Below the pieces are notes generated by a model that worked only from the letters and a program-made list of their open reading frames with translations, was not told where the DNA came from and made no database searches. A stretch of DNA of 51,471 bases from Mariprofundaceae bacterium (GTDB lineage Bacteria; Pseudomonadota; Zetaproteobacteria; Mariprofundales; Mariprofundaceae), in NCBI GenBank assembly GCA_015488125.1, contig WFOJ01000096.1, positions 1-51,471 on the forward strand, in the 5' to 3' direction. Positions 1-10,539 of this stretch are shown here, piece by piece. Position numbers and translations under genes: made by a program. The stretch's first letter is position 1. Each line of letters opens with the position of its first letter.

Positions 1-1128
1 CGCAAAAACGCCGCGATCATCCACCGGATTGAAAACGGGCAGACCATATTTCATACCCACCACATAGTCTTCCTGACCATGGCCTGGCGCTGTATGAACG
101 CAGCCGGTACCGGCATCCAGCGTAACGTGATCGCCGAGAATCACCGGCACTTCGAGATCCAGCCAGGGATGCTGGAAACACCGATGTTCCAGCGCTGCTG
201 CCGACAGCCGCTGGATCACTTCACCCTGCATGTCAAGCTGCTGCAACACCTCTTCATACAAGCCATCGGCCAGCAGCAGTACATCGCCAGCATGCAGCGG
301 TGTTGCGCCGGGTTGCGTGATGCGAACCGCCACATATGCCATGTGCTCACCCAGGGCAATAGCCTGATTGGCCGGCAAGGTCCACGGTGTCGTCGTCCAG
401 ATGACCGCCAGCACCCGCCCGCTGATGTCAGCTGGCAACACATCATTCATCGGAGTGGTGGCAGCAAAAGCCACAAACACGGCAGGCGAGCGATGTTCGG
501 CATATTCTACTTCTGCCTCAGCCAGTGCCGTATGACAGGAAGGACACCAATGCACAGGCTTGGCGCCACGATACAGCCCGCCATTAGCCAGAAAACGGCC
601 AATTTCGCGCACCGTATTGGCCTCAAAGGCATAATCCATGGTGATATAGGGATGATCCCAGTCACCGGTAATGCCCAGACGTTTGAAATCTTCGCGTTGC
701 AAGTCGATCTGCGTTTGCGCATATTCGCGACACAGACGACGGAATTCAGCGGCGCTGACATCTTCCGGTTTGCGTTTTTTCTTGCGCAGCTTCTCTTCCA
801 CTTTCAATTCGATCGGCAAGCCATGACAATCCCAGCCCGGCACATAAGGTGCATCAAAGCCCATCATCGAACGCGAACGCACCACAATATCTTTCAGCAC
901 CTTGTTGACAGCATGACCAATATGAATGCTGCCATTGGCATAAGGTGGGCCATCGTGCAGCACGAAACGCGGTGAACCCTTGCGTGCCTGGCGAATACGG
1001 GCATGCAAATCATCATCCTGCCATTGTTGTAAAATAGCAGGTTCACGTTTAGGCAGGTTGCCACGCATGGGAAAATCCGTTTGGGGCAGGAACACGGTCG
1101 AGCGATAGTCAAAAGCAGAATCGGACAA
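1..1128 (-). CDS. ileS: Isoleucyl-tRNA synthetase, N-terminal part (runs off the window's left edge)
   Basis: Not in the ORF track. Manual minus-strand translation from TTG at 1128 (SD-like GAGGA upstream): [25 protein letters not shown]...[24 protein letters not shown]...[11 protein letters not shown] (HIGH motif). At the window edge the same frame reads [24 protein letters not shown] (editing-domain motif). Confidence 0.97.
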   Translation of the reverse strand, partial: MSDSAFDYRSTVFLPQTDFPMRGNLPKREPAILQQWQDDDLHARIRQARKGSPRFVLHDGPPYANGSIHIGHAVNKVLKDIVVRSRSMMGFDAPYVPGWDCHGLPIELKVEEKLRKKKRKPEDVSAAEFRRLCREYAQTQIDLQREDFKRLGITGDWDHPYITMDYAFEANTVREIGRFLANGGLYRGAKPVHWCPSCHTALAEAEVEYAEHRSPAVFVAFAATTPMNDVLPADISGRVLAVIWTTTPWTLPANQAIALGEHMAYVAVRITQPGATPLHAGDVLLLADGLYEEVLQQLDMQGEVIQRLSAAALEHRCFQHPWLDLEVPVILGDHVTLDAGTGCVHTAPGHGQEDYVVGMKYGLPVFNPVDDRGVFA

Positions 1129-1148
1129 TGCAAATCCTCACACAGGTC

Positions 1149-1279
1149 TGGCATGAAACACGACGAAGACTTCGTCGCCAATAGCGGACAACACACAGCC
1201 GTCCCCGTCCATGCGGGAACAAACGTGCAGGCTCCGCTTCATACATTCATGCCAAAGCCAGAAAATGGGCCGCAGTATA
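1149..1279 (-). promoter_or_regulatory. Candidate ileS -10 box and structured 5' leader
   Basis: TATACT on the minus strand at 1274-1279. A closing stem TGGCATGAA/TTCATGCCA (1246-1254 with 1149-1157) encloses further stems. Confidence 0.45.
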
Positions 1280-1451
1280 AGCAATTTCGCGGTAATGTAT
1301 AATAGGAAATGAATCGCTCTTTGCGTCACTCAAGGCCAGTGATGAAGTACTTGCCACAACCGCAAGGATACGTCGGTCAGAAAATATTGTCCGCCACCTT
1401 ACCCGTTAAAACTGTTACAAGTCTAACGGACAAGCATCGAACTCAGCAGAT

Positions 1452-2645
1452 TCAATGCCTGGGCCTTCTCCCCAAAACATCCTCTATGCCCGCATTATTT
1501 GTCAACCTGACATAATACGTACGTAATGCTTGATACACCACATTGGCATCAAACAGTTGTTCTGCCCGTTTTTTTGCTTTTTCACCCATTATTCGGCATT
1601 GCCGAGGATTACCCAGGAACGTCTTGATGCATGCCAGCAATTCCTGAACATCACCTGCCGGAAACAGCAATCCCGTCTCTCCATCAACAATAGCATCAAT
1701 CAAACCTGAAATACGTGTACCAATAGCGGGTAATCCACAGGCAGCGGCCTCAATAACAACGCTTCCAAAGCCTTCGCGATAGCTGGGTAAACAAAATACA
1801 TCCGCCGCCATAAACATCTGTTCGGGCTGAGCGACAAAACCGGTAACATGCAGCCGCTCACGACATTCCCCGATCCGCGCATAGACTTCCGGAAGTATGT
1901 TCCCTTCATCAGGGCCGGCCAGAATCAGATGTGCCTGTTTGTCTGGCAACAACGCGAAGGCATCAACCAGATCAAGAATGCCTTTATCCCTGTGTAGTCT
2001 TCCAAGATACAGGAAAACGATCCTGTCGAGCGGAATTCCCAGTTCAGCACGAATGTTTTTTCTTGTTGTTGTATCAGGATGAAATCTTGATATATCGACA
2101 CCAGAAAGCGAGCCGTTGCCCAGCACCGGCAACGCATTGCCACACACTTTAATTCCCTGCTTTTCAAGAAATTTCGACTGAGAGTGACTATCCGTCATGC
2201 ACACAGTGTTCAGCATAACAATCAGACGATCTATTCCCTGATATATCCTGCGGATCACCCCTTGCTTTGTTGCCCACACTTGTCCTGTAAACGTGTGTAG
2301 TCTCACCGGAACCCTGCACAAAAAACCAGCGATTGCGGCCAACAGGCCAGCTTTGGGCATAATGGAATGGACAATATCAGGTTGAATATCCTGAAAAACC
2401 TTGTACAAGGCTAACAAAGCTTTCAGATCAGTCCACGGTGACACCTTGCGTTCCAGATCCAGGTCGATCCAATGCACATGGGGATAGTCTTTGCTGTTTT
2501 CAGATACATCCTTTCCCACAACCCAAGTTTCAAAATCCTCAGGCATGCGTCGCAAGGTATTGGCAAGATGCCATGGCACAACATAGGAAGCTGTTACGAC
2601 GCGAACAACCCGTAACCTGTGCGCTGATGACTTAGCAGCTGACAT
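1452..2645 (-). CDS. GT4-family glycosyltransferase (Cap1E-like)
   Basis: 397 aa. PDIVHSIMPKAG, LYLGRLHRDKG and LPSYREGFGSVVIEAAACGLP (E-x7-E GT-B motif). Confidence 0.9.
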   Translation of the reverse strand: MSAAKSSAHRLRVVRVVTASYVVPWHLANTLRRMPEDFETWVVGKDVSENSKDYPHVHWIDLDLERKVSPWTDLKALLALYKVFQDIQPDIVHSIMPKAGLLAAIAGFLCRVPVRLHTFTGQVWATKQGVIRRIYQGIDRLIVMLNTVCMTDSHSQSKFLEKQGIKVCGNALPVLGNGSLSGVDISRFHPDTTTRKNIRAELGIPLDRIVFLYLGRLHRDKGILDLVDAFALLPDKQAHLILAGPDEGNILPEVYARIGECRERLHVTGFVAQPEQMFMAADVFCLPSYREGFGSVVIEAAACGLPAIGTRISGLIDAIVDGETGLLFPAGDVQELLACIKTFLGNPRQCRIMGEKAKKRAEQLFDANVVYQALRTYYVRLTNNAGIEDVLGRRPRH

Positions 2646-2850
2646 GCCGCCAAGCCTTAACCAGTTCGCTTATACCTTGCGCTGGTATTCGTTTCGTTTC
2701 GCACAAATCACCGATATATCGGATGATGCCTGGCAGTGGCAATCCATCAACTTTTCGAGTCAGATAACGTACTTCATCGTCCAGTGCTACATGCCGTACG
2801 ACCAGATGACGACCAACAAAGCCCGTTTCGCCTGTTACTGCTATCTTCAT
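2632..2850 (-). pseudogene. Internally deleted NAD-dependent epimerase/dehydratase (SDR) remnant
   Basis: 72 aa. N-terminal Rossmann motif KIAVTGETGFVGRHL joined directly to an SDR-type C-terminal helix (GISELVKAW). No YxxxK catalytic region. Confidence 0.7.
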
Positions 2851-2877
2851 GATCGAAATTCACGCTCATGCCGCATA

Positions 2878-4131
2878 TTACACGTGTTGATCAATCACAT
2901 TCTCCAGAAAATCCAAAAGTGTTATTGCCAGTGTTTCATGCGACCATGGCAGAATGATATCTCTACTGACACCCCGAGGGCATTTCTGCTGCCATTTTTT
3001 CAGTATTTCTGAAACTTCCCCTGAAGTGTTGGCGACTGCGCCCGTATTCAGGCTTTCGATCATTTCGGATGCCACATTGCCCCTTGGTCCCAGGGCAATA
3101 ATTGGTCTCCCTGAAGCCAGGTATTCGAAAAGCTTGCCCGTATAAACACCGCGCTGCCTGGGATCATTCCACAAGGCCAATAGCAACGCATCTGCCTCAC
3201 GTTGCAGACGAAGCGCATCTTCCCGTGGCACGGGATCGTGAAAAAACACCTTGTCGGTTACGCCATACGCCCTGGCCTTCATTTCGGCATACCCAAACTG
3301 CCTGCCATAAAAATGAACCTGAATCTCAGGCATTTGAGCAATCGCGGCAAATAATGGTGAAACATCCTGTTTTTCACCGTAAAGGATGCCCGTATAAACA
3401 ATTTGGAAACACTTATCCTCATGTTTTTTCAATGATGCCACTGATGCATCGCATACATCATCTGGATCCCAACCATTGGGCAAGGTCAGAACAGCTTGCT
3501 CATAGCGTTTGCGTAATGAATCAGCCAGAGGAACAGAAACAGTCACCAGACCCGACGAGCAAGAAAGAAGCCTTTTCTCCCAATTAGCATCAAGCCAGCG
3601 ACGCCAGCGAGGCAGGAAATCCAGGTAATGGTTACCGCTCCACAGGTCACGAAACTCAACAACCAGGGGGACATCGTAGATGTTGGCGAGTTTTTTCCCG
3701 AGAATCAGGGAGGAGTGAGGGGGAGCAGAAGCATAAATGACATCTGGTTTCCACCCGTTAAGCTGATCGCAAACGGTGCGAATGGCTGGTCGCACCCAGC
3801 CTCGCTGGCCATCCGGCCAATGAAGCAGCGTTCGGTACCAGGTTTCGAAGGTCCCCGGGGATCCACTACTGCCTCCAGAGGAATTAGCAGCTTTCCCCAA
3901 AGCCATACGCAAAAAAGCGCGAGCTAAACCATCAATGTCCACCCACGAAGAACGTATCACGCGCTCTTCCGGGAGTTCGCAGCGTATAGCTTCAGGATAG
4001 GGCTGCGGTGCGGCTGTTACCACGCGAACATCTGCGCCTTGCCTTAACAGCCATTTGCTGAGTTTCCCCCCTCGCACGGCAGCAATATTATTGTAGGGTG
4101 GGTAGAAAAAGGAAAGATAAAGAATTCTCAC
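2878..4131 (-). CDS. GT4-like glycosyltransferase
   Basis: 417 aa. FFYPPYN, PDVIYASAPPHS, VEFRDLW, IVYTGILY and TGKLFEYLASGRPI. The GTG start overlaps the asnB stop (GTGA). Confidence 0.88.
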   Translation of the reverse strand: MRILYLSFFYPPYNNIAAVRGGKLSKWLLRQGADVRVVTAAPQPYPEAIRCELPEERVIRSSWVDIDGLARAFLRMALGKAANSSGGSSGSPGTFETWYRTLLHWPDGQRGWVRPAIRTVCDQLNGWKPDVIYASAPPHSSLILGKKLANIYDVPLVVEFRDLWSGNHYLDFLPRWRRWLDANWEKRLLSCSSGLVTVSVPLADSLRKRYEQAVLTLPNGWDPDDVCDASVASLKKHEDKCFQIVYTGILYGEKQDVSPLFAAIAQMPEIQVHFYGRQFGYAEMKARAYGVTDKVFFHDPVPREDALRLQREADALLLALWNDPRQRGVYTGKLFEYLASGRPIIALGPRGNVASEMIESLNTGAVANTSGEVSEILKKWQQKCPRGVSRDIILPWSHETLAITLLDFLENVIDQHV

Positions 4132-6074
4132 GGTGTGGATTCCAGGCGAATGGAAAACGTCTTAACCCACCGGATCAAATTCAGCCATCGCCAGGTTTGC
4201 CAGTCAAAATCGCGCTGTCCCACCAATATCTCTTGCCATGTCTGGAGCATCGCTGTTTTGCTCAGGCATGGCATACAATCAGCTTCATGCAGCGTCTCCT
4301 CCACCCAGGGACGCAGTTCCTCCAGCCATTGCCTCTCCGGTGTAGCAAAACCGACCTTGTCCCGGCGATCCAGAATGTTATCCGGCACTATGCCGCGCAT
4401 AGCTTGCTTGAATACAGATTTTGTCTGGCCGGTGCCATCAATCAGGTAGCTTTCCGGAAGGGATAACGCGAACGCCGCCATCTCACGAGTCAGGAACGGT
4501 ACCCGGCTTTCGATGGAAAAGCGCATGGAATTCCTGTCACCATGCCGCAGTAATGCCGGTAGTCCGCGACGGGTTAATTGCCGTGCCAGTTCCTCGCGTA
4601 CATAATAACGGCTTTGGAAGCCTTCTTTGATGACTGGAAGATTGGTTCGAAGCTTGTGTTCTTGCAGCCAATCCTTGTTCAGCCAGGGAGGAGTGACCGA
4701 GCCACGACCGATGGAACGAAGTGCGGGATAAAGGCAAGCAGGTGTAAACTGAGCCACCAGACGCTTGAATACATCCGCCTTCGAACGATCAGGCCAACGA
4801 CTTGTCGCCTGAAAAAAACGCCATGCCTCCAGAACCTGGCCAGCCATGATCAGACTTTTAAGACGCTCTGCGGGAAAACCCATGTAGCCTGCGAACATCT
4901 CATCAGCGCCCTGTCCGTCAAGCGTTACAGTAACACCAGCTTCGCGGGCAAGGCGAAACACCCGGTATTGCGCATAGATGCTCGTGCTACCAAACGGCTC
5001 GCCCTGAGCCTGGATCAGATCATCCAGATCGTCCGTCAATTCCCGCGGACCAATACGCACTTTATATGCCTTGGAGCCAACATGATGAATAACGGTATCG
5101 GCCCAGGCCTCTTCATCTACCTCAGTTCCTGCCGCCACGTAGGTAAACGTCTTCAGTGGCATGTCCGGTTCCAGGTGACGGATGGCACAGGTCACGGCGG
5201 AGGAATCCACACCCCCGGAAAGCGCCGCGCCCAATGGTACATCGCTGCGCAGGTGCAGCCGCACATTCTTCAAAAACAGCTCGCGCAGCGCCTCAGCCGC
5301 CTCGGAAAAACTCAATGATGAGGTTCTGGTCAAATCCGGCTTCCAGTAGCGTTGCTGTTCGATAACCTCACCGGTATTTGTATCGATGGTCATGCAATGT
5401 CCTGGTGGAAGATGCAAAACTCCTTCCACCATGGTTTCATCCTGCGAGTCATAATCGCCAAAGATAAGATAATCATAGATGCGTTGCGGATCAGCCTTGC
5501 ACTCTACCGCAGGAGACCGCAACATCACAGGCAACTCGGAAGCAAAAAAGCATTGCCCGGATTTCGCTGCGGCATAATACAGCGGCTTGATGCCAAAGTG
5601 ATCCCGAATCAGGTACAGCTTTTTCTCCCTGTCGTCGTGAATCGCCATGGCAAACATGCCGGAAAAGCGGTTCAGGCACGCCAGCCCCCAACAGGCAAAA
5701 GCCTGAAGAACCACCTCGCTATCGGTATCTGTCCTAAATCGAACGCCCTGCGACCTCAGCTCTTCGCGCAATTCCAGATAGTTGTAAACCTCTCCGTTAA
5801 ACGAGAGCCGAAAACGACCATCCTCGGTCATCATCGGCTGTTTTCCAAGTGGGGAGAGGTCGAGAATCGAGAGCCGAACATGTCCGATAAACAGCGGTAC
5901 ATCGTCCCTCAGCTCATGTTCCCGCTCACACCATCGGCCATCTGCTAACTGAAACATCATGCCATGGTCATCAGGTCCACGGTGCCTTAACAAACGAAAA
6001 GCATCGGCAACCGTCTTCCGCACATTCCCCTGGGATCGCTCACCCCGCGACACCCAGCCGAAAATTCCACACAT
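4128..6074 (-). CDS. asnB: Asparagine synthase (glutamine-hydrolysing)-like amidotransferase, polysaccharide-associated
   Basis: 648 aa. N-terminal MCGI (Ntn Cys), RHRGPD, FNGEVYNY, RDHFGIKPLYY, LSGGVDSS, DGQGADE, DRNSMRFSIESRVPFL. Confidence 0.93.
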   Translation of the reverse strand: MCGIFGWVSRGERSQGNVRKTVADAFRLLRHRGPDDHGMMFQLADGRWCEREHELRDDVPLFIGHVRLSILDLSPLGKQPMMTEDGRFRLSFNGEVYNYLELREELRSQGVRFRTDTDSEVVLQAFACWGLACLNRFSGMFAMAIHDDREKKLYLIRDHFGIKPLYYAAAKSGQCFFASELPVMLRSPAVECKADPQRIYDYLIFGDYDSQDETMVEGVLHLPPGHCMTIDTNTGEVIEQQRYWKPDLTRTSSLSFSEAAEALRELFLKNVRLHLRSDVPLGAALSGGVDSSAVTCAIRHLEPDMPLKTFTYVAAGTEVDEEAWADTVIHHVGSKAYKVRIGPRELTDDLDDLIQAQGEPFGSTSIYAQYRVFRLAREAGVTVTLDGQGADEMFAGYMGFPAERLKSLIMAGQVLEAWRFFQATSRWPDRSKADVFKRLVAQFTPACLYPALRSIGRGSVTPPWLNKDWLQEHKLRTNLPVIKEGFQSRYYVREELARQLTRRGLPALLRHGDRNSMRFSIESRVPFLTREMAAFALSLPESYLIDGTGQTKSVFKQAMRGIVPDNILDRRDKVGFATPERQWLEELRPWVEETLHEADCMPCLSKTAMLQTWQEILVGQRDFDWQTWRWLNLIRWVKTFSIRLESTP

Positions 6075-6210
6075 CTAATTGTTTGTGAGAATATCAACAG
6101 TACACTGGAGTGAGTTTTCAGTCACATACAGTATCCGGGCGGTGGGCCCCTGTGTCACTGCTACAGTTTTAAGTAATTTAAAACGAGTACTCATCAAGGA
6201 TACCGTCCCA

Positions 6211-7353
6211 TTATACCTGCCTGCTACCTTCGATATTCTTTGATGCCATGTATTCTCTTTTCATTTTATCCGCTATAAATATGGGATCATGCCATCGCTC
6301 CGCAAAACTCCGACTCTTCCGTCCAATGAGAGCCAGCCTTTCTTTTTTCTCCATTAAACAGCGTTTGAGTACCAAATAAATCGTATTTGGTTCAGCTTGA
6401 ATGACAGGCAGGTCTCCTCGCATGGTTTCGGGAATAAATTTCAGATCGGATTGGCGAATATAGGCAATCACAGGTTTTCCCAATGCCATGAACTCTAACG
6501 CCAATCCTCCATACCATCCAGCCAGCAACTGGTCGATCAGGATGTCCGCTTTCTCGTAATAGCTGCGGGCTTCGTCGTTTGACATACCTTCAACGAGAAC
6601 AAAGTCAAAATTCAGCCCTTCATCTTTCAAACGCCGTACTGCCGCCTCGATATAACGGGTGCCTTTAACCTGACGGTGGCTGGGCGCATGAAGCACCAGA
6701 GGGCGACAATTATCCGTGGAAACCGGTTTCCAGCTTTCCAGATCGACAGACGCATAGGGTAAGAACACTGCCCGCCTGGGGAGAACATGCAGCAAGTCTG
6801 GATTCAACGCATAAATGCGATCAGCATATTTATCGAATGCCCCTATTCGCTCCCGTTTTATCTGGTCTGATATGTTTGTGTAATAATCATCATCAACTTC
6901 TTTGGCAAATGTAATCGCAAAATGCTCCCGACAGTAGTCCCCTTGCCTGGCATCATCTCCCTGAAATGTCACCACGATCACCTTACCAAGCCACTTGAGA
7001 ATCTTGAGATCGAAGTTTTCAAAAACGCGCACATAAAGTTGATAAATCAACCTAAGCCATACAGGGAAGGCTTTCGCCCTGTTGCTATACAATGCCATTC
7101 GGGAAGGCATGATGGTTTGCCCGAAGTTGTAATGAATAACATCATAACGCAAAGCTCGCCAAAGCAGTCGCCAGCGCGCCAATTCGCCTCTGACGACCCC
7201 AGAACCTTCAGTCAACAGAACCTCATCAGCAGGATAGTTGAAGTAATTTTGTCGAAATACGATTAGCTTGCTATCAAGGCCAATCTTGCGTTCAGCCCGT
7301 GCCAGTTGAACCGCATGCCCACCTACCAGATCAGGGCAGTGAAGAACTTTCAT
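6211..7353 (-). CDS. GT-B fold glycosyltransferase
   Basis: 380 aa. VLHAPSHRQVKGT and DILIDQLLAGWYGGLALEFMALGKPVI. Confidence 0.82.
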   Translation of the reverse strand: MKVLHCPDLVGGHAVQLARAERKIGLDSKLIVFRQNYFNYPADEVLLTEGSGVVRGELARWRLLWRALRYDVIHYNFGQTIMPSRMALYSNRAKAFPVWLRLIYQLYVRVFENFDLKILKWLGKVIVVTFQGDDARQGDYCREHFAITFAKEVDDDYYTNISDQIKRERIGAFDKYADRIYALNPDLLHVLPRRAVFLPYASVDLESWKPVSTDNCRPLVLHAPSHRQVKGTRYIEAAVRRLKDEGLNFDFVLVEGMSNDEARSYYEKADILIDQLLAGWYGGLALEFMALGKPVIAYIRQSDLKFIPETMRGDLPVIQAEPNTIYLVLKRCLMEKKERLALIGRKSRSFAERWHDPIFIADKMKREYMASKNIEGSRQV

Positions 7354-8237
7354 TCAACCTTTTTACCTCGCATGGTAATTCCATAGTGATCGACAAACTC
7401 ATGGGTTATTTTTAACTTTGCATTCCGAAACCACTTGCGAATTTCTTCCAGTCTATGCCTTGAACATAGCTGTGGATGATACCAGTCATAATTGATAACA
7501 ATGTTTTCCTGTTCTGAAAGTTCAGGATTCCAAAAGCATTTCATGAAGAAATGATAGATAAAACGTTGTAAATCGTATTCGCCTGCCTCAATATCCAGAA
7601 TATCAACAGCAGGAGCCTGGAACTTCACATCAAGCGCACTGAGAGCCTTACCCAGTGCAGTGATCTGCTCGCAAGCCTTCAATGCATCCTCGTACGAAAG
7701 CCCTGCAATTCTTTCGCGTACAAAATCATCAACAAATTCTCTTACCGGCGCCTTCTGCTTATACACATAAATAGCAATTTCGCCGCCATCTTCGAGAATA
7801 GATGTGAGATTGGAAAAAGCACGCGCTGGATCACTCGTGTGATGCAATACTTCCTGGCAGTAAATAAAATCGAATCGGCCCAAATCACTCAGATCACCCA
7901 GCAAATCCTTATCGGCAAAACTTATATTGATGCTATCCTGAAGATTTTTCCGGGCAATATCAGCCGCTACCAAATCAACGCCCATGATATGGGTTTTGTC
8001 AGGGTCAGTATATTTTCGTAGTAATGCCGTAACCCTGCCATTGCCACAGCCGGCATCCAGGATGCTTTTTTTATCGGAGAGAAACCGTCTCAACGCATCG
8101 GGAGAATCAAATCCGTTACGGGACAAAATCCACTGAAAAATATCACTGCCTTCGGTGATAGTGCTCTCAAAAGCACAATTTTCATTATTGCTCCACTTAT
8201 CGTGAAAGCTTTTTTTTGTATTACATGAATCGCTCAT
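7350..8237 (-). CDS. Class I SAM-dependent methyltransferase
   Basis: 295 aa. ILDAGCGNGR motif I, FDFIYCQEVLHH and LEDGGEIAIY. Confidence 0.9.
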   Translation of the reverse strand: MSDSCNTKKSFHDKWSNNENCAFESTITEGSDIFQWILSRNGFDSPDALRRFLSDKKSILDAGCGNGRVTALLRKYTDPDKTHIMGVDLVAADIARKNLQDSINISFADKDLLGDLSDLGRFDFIYCQEVLHHTSDPARAFSNLTSILEDGGEIAIYVYKQKAPVREFVDDFVRERIAGLSYEDALKACEQITALGKALSALDVKFQAPAVDILDIEAGEYDLQRFIYHFFMKCFWNPELSEQENIVINYDWYHPQLCSRHRLEEIRKWFRNAKLKITHEFVDHYGITMRGKKVE

Positions 8238-8249
8238 ACTATTTCTCGT

Positions 8250-9119
8250 TTACAAAAGATCCTGAACGCCATCTTCAAAATGAACAACAGGATCCACAAG
8301 CAAAGACTTCATCTTTTTGATATCACCGATCAGGTTTCCCGATTCTGCAGATGGGTTAACTTCAAAAGTCGGTGTGGTATTCAGCTTTTCCCCAATAATC
8401 TCACATAACTCTCGTAGTGATAATGCATCAGGCCCTGCCACATTAAGGCGGTGACAACCTTTAAGCTTCAGAGCATGGGAAATAGCTCTGACCGCATCAG
8501 AAACATGAACAGGGTTGATATGCAACCCGTCGTTACCCTGAAGACGTACCGCTTTTCCATCCCTGATACTGTCAACCAGTCTGGGAATCAGCATGCTTCT
8601 TTTTTGTCCCTTGCCATAGACAAAAAAGAACCGAAGGAGGACGATATTCATGTAAGGCGCATAATTCTCTGCAAGCATTTCCGAGCAAAGCTTGCTCGAC
8701 AAATAGAAGCCAATGTTTCCACTGGCTGGAATGGTAATGCTTTCTTCCACGCTGTTTTCCGGAAATCCATACACGCCACCGCTGGATGCATAAATAAAGC
8801 TTTTTACCCCTGTTCTTCTGGCAAAGTCCAGAGCCTTGAGGACCTGAAAGGTATTTACCGAGAAAATATTGATTGCCTTATCGGGAAAATCACGAAAATA
8901 ATCCGACTGCGCCAGATACACGATTGCATCGGCTCGTTTTGGCAAGCTTCCGTCATCAAAGTCTTGTTCCAGGTCAATGCAGTGCCATGAGATGTCAGTT
9001 TTGTTGATCGCATGTTTTTTTCTTGAGACGGCGTGAATATTCCATGTGTCAGCCAGTTCTTTTACCAAATGCCGACCAATCAGTCCGCTAGCCCCTGTGA
9101 TGATCACCGTCTTACCCAT
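8250..9119 (-). CDS. NAD-dependent epimerase/dehydratase (extended SDR)
   Basis: Start placed at MGKTVIITGASGLIG (ATG 9119, overlapping the wzx stop). ASSGGVYG, YLSSK (YxxxK) and LRFFFVYG. Confidence 0.88.
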   Translation of the reverse strand: MGKTVIITGASGLIGRHLVKELADTWNIHAVSRKKHAINKTDISWHCIDLEQDFDDGSLPKRADAIVYLAQSDYFRDFPDKAINIFSVNTFQVLKALDFARRTGVKSFIYASSGGVYGFPENSVEESITIPASGNIGFYLSSKLCSEMLAENYAPYMNIVLLRFFFVYGKGQKRSMLIPRLVDSIRDGKAVRLQGNDGLHINPVHVSDAVRAISHALKLKGCHRLNVAGPDALSLRELCEIIGEKLNTTPTFEVNPSAESGNLIGDIKKMKSLLVDPVVHFEDGVQDLL

Positions 9120-10539
9120 GCGCTGCTCCTTTATGAAATACCAATAGCCAGACTGTGATGACATACAATGCGCACAACAACAGTTTCAGGCCAACAACAT
9201 ACCAAGAAAGCTGATGCGACAACAACGCCAGCGATAACGACAAAAAACCAACGCACAATACAGATAAACCAATCAAATGAAACCACTGAATGGGCAGCGG
9301 GTGAAGTTTTTGCGTGTAATAAAGATAGGCTGAAGTCATGATTATGTAGGACAGTAAAGTAGCCCAGGCTGCGCCTGCAGCACCGAATGAAGGAATCAGT
9401 AACAGATTCAACAAGAAGTTACACCCCGCCGTCATCCATGCCAGACGTGCAAGAATATGCGTTTTTTTTTCCAGAGAAATGCCCAGTGCTGTCACCTGGG
9501 TTGTTGCCTGAAACACCAGGCCAATACTCAGGATTGCCAAAGGCAAGGCACTGTGCAGATACGCTTCAGGCATAATAACAACCACCAGTTCACCTGAAAA
9601 CAGCGCCAAACTTCCGCCAACAAGACCCATGGCTGCCAGCAAAAGCATGAAAATGCGAACATATTTTTCCCGGTAGGAATCAGGAAAATCCGTTTTTAGC
9701 TTGATCGCATACGGACTCCATGCCTGGCCAAACGCTGTGGAGAAAAACATGACAATAGCGGCAAGCCGAAAAGCCACGGAATACATACCCACTTCCGCTA
9801 CCGAACTCATGGAGGCAAGCATCCAGCGATCCATGGAAGCAAACAACCAGTAGGCCATACTGGCGAAGATGAATGGATAACCAAACTTTACCAGCTCTTT
9901 GATCCACCCGAAACTGATATTGCTCACTAAATCCTTCCTGATCAGCCATAAGCCGAGCGGCAGGGCAAGGCAAACAGCCAGCGCCTGCACCTCCATCATG
10001 CCATCAACCCCCCAGTTCAACTGCAAAACAACCAACACAGCCAGAGCCAGCCCCAGTGTTCGGGAGAGAAGAGAAAGCGAAAAAAACTTCCATGGTGCAA
10101 AATGCAGCCTTGTCACATCAAGGCAATAGGTCAGGTATTGGGTAGCCGCCATCAACACAAGCCCCGCAACAACGGCAGCCCAACTCATGGGTAGATGATG
10201 GGCCTCAATATACTTTTCAGCCAAAGGCAGCATGGCCAAACCGAGCAGCATCGCAAGGCACCCAAAAACAAATAGCGCAGCAAAACCGGAGCTGACCACC
10301 ACCGATCGCTGATCAACAGGCGTATCGGCATCCCAGTAAAAACGCTGCAAGGCATTATTGAGCCCACAGTTCATGAACATGGCAAGCAACGCGGTGGAAG
10401 TAAGCAGCAATTCCATCGCCCCGAAAGCATCAGGTGACAGTGCGGTCGCGATGATCGGGAAGGCAACAAAGGCAAGCAGTTTAGATATGGCATCGGCACC
10501 GCCATAGACAACAGAGTCTTTTAACAGGTTGTATTTCAC
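9112..10539 (-). CDS. wzx: Wzx-type oligosaccharide flippase
   Basis: 475 aa with many hydrophobic segments. MOP-family patterns LSPDAFGAMEL, DRWML...VGMYSVAFRLA and LNLLLIPSFGAAGAAWATL. Confidence 0.88.
   Translation of the reverse strand: MKYNLLKDSVVYGGADAISKLLAFVAFPIIATALSPDAFGAMELLLTSTALLAMFMNCGLNNALQRFYWDADTPVDQRSVVVSSGFAALFVFGCLAMLLGLAMLPLAEKYIEAHHLPMSWAAVVAGLVLMAATQYLTYCLDVTRLHFAPWKFFSLSLLSRTLGLALAVLVVLQLNWGVDGMMEVQALAVCLALPLGLWLIRKDLVSNISFGWIKELVKFGYPFIFASMAYWLFASMDRWMLASMSSVAEVGMYSVAFRLAAIVMFFSTAFGQAWSPYAIKLKTDFPDSYREKYVRIFMLLLAAMGLVGGSLALFSGELVVVIMPEAYLHSALPLAILSIGLVFQATTQVTALGISLEKKTHILARLAWMTAGCNFLLNLLLIPSFGAAGAAWATLLSYIIMTSAYLYYTQKLHPLPIQWFHLIGLSVLCVGFLSLSLALLSHQLSWYVVGLKLLLCALYVITVWLLVFHKGAAHG

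Noticed and set aside
79..975. 298-aa plus-strand ORF
   Set aside because: Antisense shadow of ileS, which occupies the minus strand with clear motifs.
1138..1329. 63-aa minus-strand ORF as an ileS leader peptide
   Set aside because: No Ile/Val/Leu control run in the part downstream of the predicted promoter and no terminator before ileS.
4128..6074. AsnB proteins as lasso-peptide cyclases or housekeeping asparagine synthetases
   Set aside because: Both have intact glutaminase domains, no precursor peptide or B protein is nearby, and they are embedded among glycosyltransferases.
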